A stretch of 64,000 bases of DNA from Eledone cirrhosa. Its lineage: Eukaryota. The notes below the pieces were generated by a model. That model saw only the letters and a program-made list of their open reading frames with translations, was not told where the DNA came from and did no database searches. The stretch is taken from contig OZ024743.1 of assembly GCA_964016885.1 (NCBI GenBank), positions 214,210,001-214,274,000 on the forward strand, in the 5' to 3' direction. The position numbers and the translations under genes are program-made. Below, piece after piece: positions 55,304-64,000 of this stretch (position 1 is its first letter; each line of letters begins with the position of its first letter).

Positions 55304-55329
55304 GTTGGCTGGTTAAACAGAGAGAGAGG

Positions 55330-57200
55330 AAAGGTTTACTTACTTTCCGGGCTCTTGTGAAGGTCGGGTGGTTCGACCTCCATAGTTGGTGGGGTTTCTT
55401 TTGGGAACCCCTTTAAAAATCTTCAAGTGGGTTTTACGTTCGGAGTTCCCACGTCCCGAGGAAAGCTGTCTCGTATTTCTTTGTATAAATCGAGCGACAT
55501 TCGTACCAGAAACAAATCTTCCGGCACGCGAAATGTGCTCGATTTTAAAATGTTCCCCTATTTTTGTATATTTTCACTTCGTGCTACGAGGCCAATCAGT
55601 TCCTTGTTGGCCCTCCTGACGAGCACGAAGTTTTGTATGTTTTGTTGGTGTGCTGTATTTGTTTGCGTGGCTGTGGAGTTGATGGTTTTGGTGGTGTTGC
55701 TTCGGTTGTGTCTGTGTTTGCTGTGAGTTGGGTGTCTGCGGTTTCAGATGTTTGTGTGTGTATTTGTTCTTGCGTCTGTTTAGGATATTTGCGTTGGGGG
55801 GATTCTGGTGATGATGATGGTGGTGTTGATGTTGGTGTTATTGGAGGGATGTTTCCGTGAGTGGTGTCTGCATTATTTATTGTGGGTGATTTGGGGCTTT
55901 GTTGAGCTTTTTTTTTTTTTTGTTTCCTTTTTTGTATATTGATGGATTTTGGTTTTCCCTCATCTTCATTACTGGTAGATGAGGGGGCTCTGTGTCTGTA
56001 ATTTTGTCTGTGTGTGTTATTGGTTTTATTGGTGTGTGTATTTTTTTGTGGGGAGGGGGACGACTCTCCTCGTTTCCCCCCTGGGTGGCCAAGATTGGTG
56101 GTGGTCTTTCTATTGGTATTGTTGTTGGTGGTTTTGCCGGTGCTGACGTTGGTTGTGGTCCTCGCGCCGGACGCCGGCAGCAGTGGAGCCTTTCGACCCC
56201 TTGCGTCTTTTAGCAGTTTAGGGCAGAAGGCTCGCAAATGGGTTTTATCCCCAGAAACGACACAATGAGTCCTTTTGCCGTCAGTCATAACGTGAATGAC
56301 CGTCCCCTTCTGAAGACGGATGTGGTCCGGTATTTTTTTACATTCTCCGGCCTGATCTGGAGAAGTATCTCCATGTCAACCCCAGACCAATCCTTTCTGG
56401 CAGTTCTTGTTACTTCTATCGGGACGGTATCTGTCACCCTCCAAAATCACACATCCCAGAAGCCACCACATGTCAAGTCCTATTGGGATTCTGGGAATGC
56501 AAAGACTGGCCGTTCTATTTCCCATGAGGGAGGGGTAGATTATGACCGTGCTGGTTTTGAAAGGTTTCATACCATGTTTCATAGCGAGGGCTTCTGATTT
56601 TAACAGCACCGAAATGTTGCCTCATTTTCTGCCCCTCGCTATATATCAGGTGTCATCCCTGATGCACCTCGGCGCGACTTCGTCATCTGCTTGTGGAATA
56701 AAAGCTGCCCTCTTGGTTTCTGCTGAGATGCATCTGTAATGCACCGTTCTGCGTTCCACTCCTTCAATAGCTTCTACCGGGACAGTTAAGTTGGCCCAGG
56801 TCTGCTCTTGCTTGATCAGCTTCCAGGCCTGGGCCAACTTTTCATCTTTGTTCCAGAGGTCCGTGCTGAAGTATGGCCTCTTGTTGTCTTTGTGGTGTTG
56901 TTGTTGTTGTCGTTGTCGTTGTTCTTGTTGGTGTTGTTGCTGTTATCATTGTTGTCTTTGGTGCTGTCGCTGTTTATGTTCTGGTTAGTGGTGTTAATTT
57001 CGTTGCTGTTTTCCATAATATTGTTGCTGCTGCTATTCTTATTGCTGTTGTTGTGGTTGTAACTGTTGTTGATATTGTTGTCTTTGTTGTCGTTCTTTCT
57101 GTTGTTGGTGTTGTTGTTATTATTGCAGTTGTTGGTTTTATTGTCGTTGTTGCTCTTGCTGGTGCTGTTCACGGCTGATTTTTTTTTTACTGTTTTTGGT
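55330..57200 (-). pseudogene. LINE ORF1, copy A, fragmented
   Basis: Asn-rich N-terminus; ERRTVHYR; degenerate zinc knuckle CVVSGDKTHLRAFCP homologous to copy B; boundaries approximate. Confidence 0.7.
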
Positions 57201-57475
57201 AATGGCGCTGTTGCTGCTGTTGTCATTTTCGTTCTCACTGTTGTTGGTGCTGGTGTTGGCGATAGTGCCTGACGTGTTGTTACATTTAAAAATTGTTGCG
57301 GAAGGGGCAGCATTATAAATCTCAAAGTTTGACTCGCTGTCACAAGACAGCAAAATCAAAGTTCTGGGAGTGCCTCCGCATGACTTTTTTGTTTTTGATA
57401 ACAATTTTCTTTTAAACACCAACTGTGACTCTGACCACCAGGGCAAGTGCCCTCTTCCAGTTTTCCACCTTTAAT

Positions 57476-60400
57476 TTACAGACACATACTCGGAGTAGCC
57501 CCATTCACTCGGGCCATTCTTGCCTCTCTCACCCATCTTTCAACAAAATGCTGGGAAGAGAGCACTTCCCATTCTACCCTGATTTTCCTTTTCAAATGAA
57601 ATTTGAAAAAGTTAATCAGGGCATCACTGAAGAGGTAAGTGCTCGTCTTCAGCCCTTTCAAACGTGTCCACCATACTACCTCTTTCGCCATGGCCACCAG
57701 ACAGATAAAAATTGCCTGCCCTTCCCGGCTAAAGGAAGAAGGCTGGGCAATCCTCACGATGGACTCAGCTAATAGCTGGATCCGTCCTACACGCGACAGA
57801 AGGTGTTCGACATAAACGCACAAGTCAGCAATGCTCGGACACTGGACGAGTGCGTGCAAGAAGGTTTCGGCGCTTTGCGCGCATCTCGGACATGCCCGGC
57901 TGACGGCACCTCCATGCCTGTACAGTTTATCCAGAACTGACAAAGCTCCTCGGTAGCACTGCCAGGCCAGGGATTTCCATAGGCCCCGGCCCGAAAGTTC
58001 TTCCGAAGAGATTGGCTAGTTGATTTTCGTCGACGCCTAGAGTTTCCCCAAGAACGTCATCGCTCTTCCCCTCCACTAATCCTCTATAGAACGCAAAGGT
58101 GGAGTTTCCACCGATCACATTGCCCCATTGGTCGAGGGCTGTGAGCGCCTGAAGACATTCCAGTCTCCAAGCGCTCCCTCTCGGTCTTCCCTTGACCCAG
58201 GACTGCATCTCCGTCAAGGAAACGAGCTGGGGAAAGACGCGTCTAGCAAACGGCGACCACACCTGATCACCGTCGAGGAAGAGGTGGAGATGTCGTAGCC
58301 TGAGCGCGCGTCTGCGCCTCATCAGCCACGGCATGCCAAGCCCTCCACGTAGCGGGTGTTGACAGCAGATGGACCGCCTGACCATCGGAGCGCATCCCTT
58401 CCACAAAAATCAAAAGAGAAAAAGCTCCAGCGCAGTCAGGCGGGGCTTAGGACAAGGTAGGACGGTCAGGCGGTAGTAGATGACGGACGCGATGTACGCG
58501 TTAGCCACTTCCGCTCGACCTTTCAGGGATAGATTCCTCTCCGCCCATTTCTGGGTGAGAGAAGCCCCCCTGCTCGTCACCTCGTCCCAGTTTTTGTCCG
58601 TCTGGAGGTCCGGACCGAACCAGATCCCTAGCAATTTAAGGTCCGTCCTTCCAGCGTACGACGACGCTGTTGGACGGCATGGACCTGCCTCTCCAGAGGC
58701 CGAGCTGCAGGTCCACTGATTTTTCCTGGTTGATCATTGCTCCTGTCACCGCTTCGTATTCTCTTAGTGTAGTGCCGATCGCCTCGATGTGTTTGGCGTT
58801 CGACACCACTACGGTGACATTGTCCGCATATGCTGACACAGATCTTCCGCATCCCAGTTCGCGCGGGTCCTGTTTGTGCAGTAATGGCTCGAGAGTCAAT
58901 ACGTCCAACAGGGACGGGAGGGGACATCCTTGGCGGACCGAGGGCATGATGATGAACTGTACCGAAAGGTGACCGTTCACTCTCACCACAGAACAGATGT
59001 CGCTGTGCATGGCAGCAATCCAGCCTCTGAAGATGGGCCCAAAGTAAGCCGCCCTCAGGATTGCCGCTAGGTAACGATAGTCGACCCTATCGAAAGCTTT
59101 CGACTGATCTAAATTGATCAAGGACCCACCCGTGCCAGGTTCCCTAGCTACCTTCTCTACGATGTATCGCTTGAGGTGGAGGTTGTCGTGGATGGAGCTT
59201 TCGGGAATGGCGCATGTCTACGCCTATCCCACTAGGCCACCAACGACAAGCGCCATCCTATTTGCTAGCACCTTGGCCAAAATCTTGAACTCTGTGTTTA
59301 GCAGAGTTATGGGCCTGACATTTTCTATGTTATCCCCATTGTTCGGAACCTTTCTCAACAATGCCACCGCTCCTCGACTCACAGAGCTGGGATTTCTCCC
59401 GTTCTGTTGCCAGTTGCAGTAGACGCCCGCCAAGAGGCCTCCGAACAAGTCTGGCATCTGTACGTAAAGTTCATAGGACAGACCATCCAAACCAGGCGAT
59501 TTACCCCTTGTGCAGCCAGTCTTTGCCTCCCGTACTTCAGCGGCTGTTATCGGCTTTTCGTAACACTCCGCCTCACTGGCCGAGAACCGCGGCAGTCCGT
59601 CGAACCGACCCGCCGCTGCCCCTGAACAGCTGAGCGATGTGTCGCTGAAAAGCTTCACACATTTGCCCGGGATCGAGTAGCATGCGCCGTCGTGGTCCAC
59701 CAAAGACTGGATCGTTGCTTTGTTTCCATGACGCGCCTCCGCCACTCGAGCCCATTGAACTGCTTACGTCCCCTCGTGTCTGAGAGCACGCACCCTAGCT
59801 CTGACAACGTAGCCTTCGTGCTTTGCATTGAAGAATTGGTCAAGGGCCAATTTCGCCGCAAGTACGTCGGTTGCGATGCCTTTGCTAAGCGCCTCGTCTA
59901 ATTTTCTAACTAGTTCTCCCTCTGCTCTATTTTTCTCTATTGCTAAAGCCTTACTAAACCTATTCTAATCGCTCTTTTCAGAGCAAACCACCACATGTTG
60001 TTGACGATGGCCCACGTCAACGCCCGCATAACTAGTTCGCTAATCTGATCTCTGAAGGCCTTGTGCGCTTGTAAGGACGCGTTTAGCTTCCAGTATCCGG
60101 GTCCTCGTCTATGAAGCCTGTCGAAGTCAAGCACACAGATCACGAATTTGTGTTCGGTGTAGCTGACTATCTTGAATTGTGGACAGCCTATGCTAGACCT
60201 ATCTATTTCCCTACAAAATACTCTATCTAGATATGACCTCGATGACCCTATGCGGTTTTTCCAAGTCCACATTGGCACATTCGGGAAATCCAATCGGTAC
60301 CTGTCAGTCAGTTCAAAACGCCTGAGCAGGTTGGTGAGGCGCTTGCACCCTTCCCCCCTATCCGCTAATCCCACACAGTCCCAGCGTGCATCTAAGATCC

Positions 60401-60802
60401 CGTTCCAGTCGCCCACTAACACTAAAGAGCGGGACTTTCCAAGAAAGGTCTCCAGACGCCGGAAGAAATCAGACGCCCTGCTCCTGCCGGGGCATAGACC
60501 ACCACTAGTTTGAAAGCTTGCCTGTCTCCGCTGGTCACGTCCAGCACCACCAACTTACCTTCTGGGTCCAAACCTCTCCGAAAAAGCACAGCAAATCCTC
60601 CCTCCGATCCAGGACGCCTGGGAGATGCGTACACATCGTAGCCGCCGAAGATCGGTGCGAAGGCCCGTGCTTCGGAGATTCTGGTCTCGCTGATGGGCAC
60701 TACATCTATGTTTAGTGACCTGAGGTCGTTGAGCAGGTGGCCCTGCTTGCATAACGACCACAAGCCACAAGCATTTATGCTGCCTATTCTGAGTGAGGTC
60801 AT
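57476..60802 (-). pseudogene. LINE ORF2 (APE, RT, CCHC), copy B, frameshifted
   Basis: SINACGL, VGDWNGILD, SYLDRV, GPGYWKLN, KSPGLDGL, RPITLLNTEFKILAK, LDQSKAFDRV, SVRQGCPL, AYADNV, GGLGMP, CPRC...ETFLHALVQCP. Confidence 0.93.
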
Positions 60803-60841
60803 GTTGAAATGCAGGGGAAAAGATAGGAAAGACCACTTACC

Positions 60842-62385
60842 TTACATCTCGTAGATGAAGGATGGTTTATCCATCCTTTTCACTGCTTGTGGCCTCCTCC
60901 GGAAGGATGTCCTTATACATCCTCCTGGAGAGTGCTTGTCGGAAATATCCGATGTCTTTGAGGAATTTTTTGTTTTAGTATCGTGTACGTTTTCTGTGTG
61001 ATGCGAGCGATTTGTATGTGTGGAGGTGGTGTGAACTTTTGGGTTGTTGTGTAGTCTTTTTCTATGATGCTGGTGTTGTCTTGGATGTAGTCTAATAGTT
61101 GGTTGTTGTTCAAATTTAATGCTGATGTAGTGTGTATCGTTTTGGTTGTTTTGTTTTGTTTGCGTTTGTTGTGGGTTCGTTTCTGTTTCGCTTTTTTCGC
61201 GACTGTTGTGGTGTAGGTGATAGTGGTGTTGGGGTTTCTGATGGTGATGGTGTTGCTGTTTGTGGTGATGAGGTTGGTGATGCTGGTGTGGATAGTGGCA
61301 TAGCTGTCCTAACTTTTTTGTTTGATAGTTTATTTGTTTCCTTCTGTATTTTGTTTTTGGAGGGGGAAGGAAGAGGATTTTTTTCTTTTTTGGCTTCTTT
61401 TTCCTTTTTTTCTTTTTTCCTGATACCGTTTCCCACTCCTCGTCGTCACAATCTGTCTCCAGTTGCGATAGGTCTGGGACTGGAAAATCCTCCACAGGCG
61501 TTGGTTTTGGTTGTAGCGTGGTGGATGGTGTAGACGCTGGTGCTAGTTCTGGCGCGTTGGGTGGTGGTGGTGTTGGTTTATGCTACTGTTGCTGGGGTTG
61601 TTGCTGCTACAGTTGATTCTGTTGTTGCTGCTACAGTTGTTGCTGCCATTTCTGCTGCTGGTGGTGTTGATGGCTGAGTCACTGGGGTGAGTAAGAGAGG
61701 TGGCCTCAACCTTTTAGCGTGAGGGCAGAAAGCCCTTAGGTGGATTCCTTCACCACAAACAACACACCCAGGCCTTCTGCTCTCGACGATTACGGTGAGG
61801 TGGCTGCCGTCAGTGAGGTCTATTATCTCTGTGTTCTCCTCAATGTCTTTTTGGTCCCCTTCGATCAGGAGCTCCATCCCAGATCCGGACCTGCTTTTCT
61901 TTAGCTATTTCGATTATCTTGCTGTTGGCCTCGATGCCGGCGAGGACGGCAGCCATTAGCCAGGGAATTTCGATGACCGGTGGAACGTGTTCACCCTGAT
62001 CTTCACGAGTCTCTGGCCACAGCATCTTGGGACGAGTGTGAAGTCGTCACTTCTTACTGGGGCCATGGAGTGTTCTCTGGCCTCCCGTGGTGTTTCAAAG
62101 AACACGTCCACTGTTCCATATTTCTGCCCACGTCTGATGTGGGTTTTTTGCCCACACATGTCCCAAAGCTTTTTGGATTTGGGACGCGGATGCCCGTTCC
62201 AGTCGGCGCGATTTTATGTTAATCGTCCCATAAAACACGGTGCATAGGCGTCGATGCTCCATTTTATTGGGGGGGGGGTGGCTGACCCTGTACCCATCTT
62301 TCTTTACCATTGTCTTGGCATCATCTAGTTCCTCCTGAGTTACATAGATTTTTTCGCATGTTTTAGCTGCCTTCGCAAATGACAC
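60842..62385 (-). pseudogene. LINE ORF1 with CCHC zinc knuckle, copy B
   Basis: MSFAKAAK, GTVDVFF, CVVCGEGIHLRAFCP (CX2CX4HX4C), WETVSGKKKKRK, Pro/Thr-rich linker. Confidence 0.8.
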
Positions 62386-62872
62386 GATTGTATTCTCATT
62401 GTTGTTGCTGCTGTTGTTGTTATTGTTATTTTTGTTATTGTTATTTTTAGTTTCAGTTGTGGTGGTTGTCAGTGGTGTTCGGTGTGGAAGAGTCCATTCT
62501 GGATGAATTCATTTCGATGCCACGAGATAATTTATTTTGTTACTGCTTATATTTTTAGTGTTGGCAAACGTAGTAATATTTACAATGGTGGTGTCGGTGT
62601 GAGGTGTTAGTTTGTGAGGAAGGCTCTCAGTTACTTGGTGTAGCTATGAGTCGTCCATGATCTTTTCAAAGAAATTTTTTGTTTGATAATTATAAAAGTT
62701 TAAATTTTGGGCTCAAGGCCCCAATCTCTTTGAGTGACCTTTTCCGAAAGCAGATTTTGTGACTTTATAAATAGTTAATAACACAAAATTTCCATAAATC
62801 GCAATTTTAAACAAACGATAACAACATAACCTTTGCGGAGCTCAAGATCATACAATTTCCTACTTAGGTCGC

Positions 62873-62875
<3 letters not shown>

Positions 62876-62925
<50 letters not shown>

Positions 62926-62957
62926 GCAATAATAATAATAATAATAATAATAATAAT
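62876..62957. repeat. (AAT)n microsatellite
   Basis: Direct inspection. Confidence 0.97.
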
Positions 62958-63108
62958 CGAGGTGACGGAGGTCATGAAATCGCTCCCGTAAGTTTTGAAT
63001 TTTTAACATATTTAAATCATTTGTGAAATAACAACTCTTAGTACAAATGCTACGTAAAGCACCCGGCTTGAGCCCCAAAAAATTCGGACCCAAAATATAT
63101 TGTTATAA

Positions 63109-63759
63109 GGCTCAAATATTCAAATATTCAACTTTGTATTGTACACTGTATATCCAAAAAAAAATGGCTATAAATGGAAGAAGAAGAACCCCCCCCCCCC
63201 TCCTCTCCTCTGGCTACACTATATAGGACAGCTAAACTCACCAACACCAGAAACTAGATACACCGCCCACCCCATCATCTGTGTACACTAAACACAACAG
63301 CATTTTCACCTTCACCGCCACCGCTCACTACGGCCATCATTACCACCACTATCCCATCACCGCCGCCACCACCCCTTGACTCCTTCACTGCTGCTGCCAC
63401 CGCTACAGCACCATCACTACAGTAATACGGCTCAAATATTCAAATATTCAACTTTGTATTGTACACTGTATATCCAAAAAAAAAAAAATAAAATGGCTAT
63501 AAATGGAAGAAGAAGAACCCCCCCCCCCCTCCTCTCCTCTGGCTACACTATATAGGACAGCGAAACTCACCAACACCAGAAACTAGATACACCACCCACC
63601 CCATCATCTGTGTACACTAAACACAACAGCATTTTCACCTTCACCGCCACCGCTCACTACGGCCATCATTACCACCACTATCCCATCACCGCCGCCACCA
63701 CCCCCTGACTCCTTCACTGCTGCTGCCACCGCTACAGCACCATCACTACAGTAATACGG
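63109..63759. repeat. Near-identical tandem duplication, ~320-bp unit x2
   Basis: ggctcaaatattcaaatattcaac...cagtaatacgg at 63109 and 63429. Confidence 0.95.
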
Positions 63760-64000
63760 TCGCATCACCGCCACCACTGCCTCGGTATCGACATCACCGC
63801 CACCACTGTCTCAGTATCGCCAACGCCGCTAGTCTCTGCTGGCTACCACTTCCACATTATAGAATTCCTACTACTAACAAAGAGGAAGGCATCAAAATAT
63901 ATAGATAGACTCAAAAGAAAAAAGAAAAAACAAACAACAAAAGCAGCACAGCAACAACAGTAAAAAACGAGAAAAACAGAGAAAAACAAAAACAAAAAAA

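Larger units (their letters stand above)
52062..57435 (-). mobile_element. L1/Tx1-clade LINE, copy A (ORF1 + ORF2 + 3' UTR), decayed with an internal RT deletion
   Basis: See ORF features; 3' UTR ends AATAAATGAAATC followed by (TTA)n/(TAG)n. Confidence 0.9.
57436..62770 (-). mobile_element. L1/Tx1-clade LINE, copy B (related subfamily), 3' UTR cut short by copy A
   Basis: Complete ORF1/ORF2 order; only ~40 bp follow the ORF2 stop before copy A begins; 5' end approximate. Confidence 0.9.

Noticed and set aside
52231-62247. Plus-strand ORFs over the LINE pair
   Set aside because: Antisense shadows of minus-strand ORF1/ORF2

Overview
AT-rich, microsatellite-dense eukaryotic non-coding DNA. No host exon, tRNA/rRNA gene or CRISPR array can be supported. 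The Nin/Deu-type tRNA-SINEs and the (TA)n/(CA)n/(GA)n load suggest a mollusc, probably an octopod cephalopod (inference). Nearly all ORF-track entries are microsatellite or antisense artefacts. The real coding remnants are retroelements: a 3' fragment of an RTE-clade LINE (18.6-19.6 kb); four Penelope-like elements (PLEs) of at least three types, including a near-full-length, extremely C-rich Neptune-type copy (44.1-48.3 kb); and two head-to-tail L1/Tx1-type LINEs on the minus strand (52.1-62.8 kb). The most striking layer is RNA-structural. More than a dozen type I hammerhead ribozyme (HHR) motifs (CUGANGA-stem II-GAAA-short, often palindromic stem III-UH) occur between 20 and 48 kb, many of them degenerate. 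They mostly sit in long fold-back palindromes next to (TA)n tracts. Several have unusually long stem II insertions, and one lies in a ~460-bp retrozyme-like tandem/inverted unit. Coordinates were counted by eye and may be off by a few bases.
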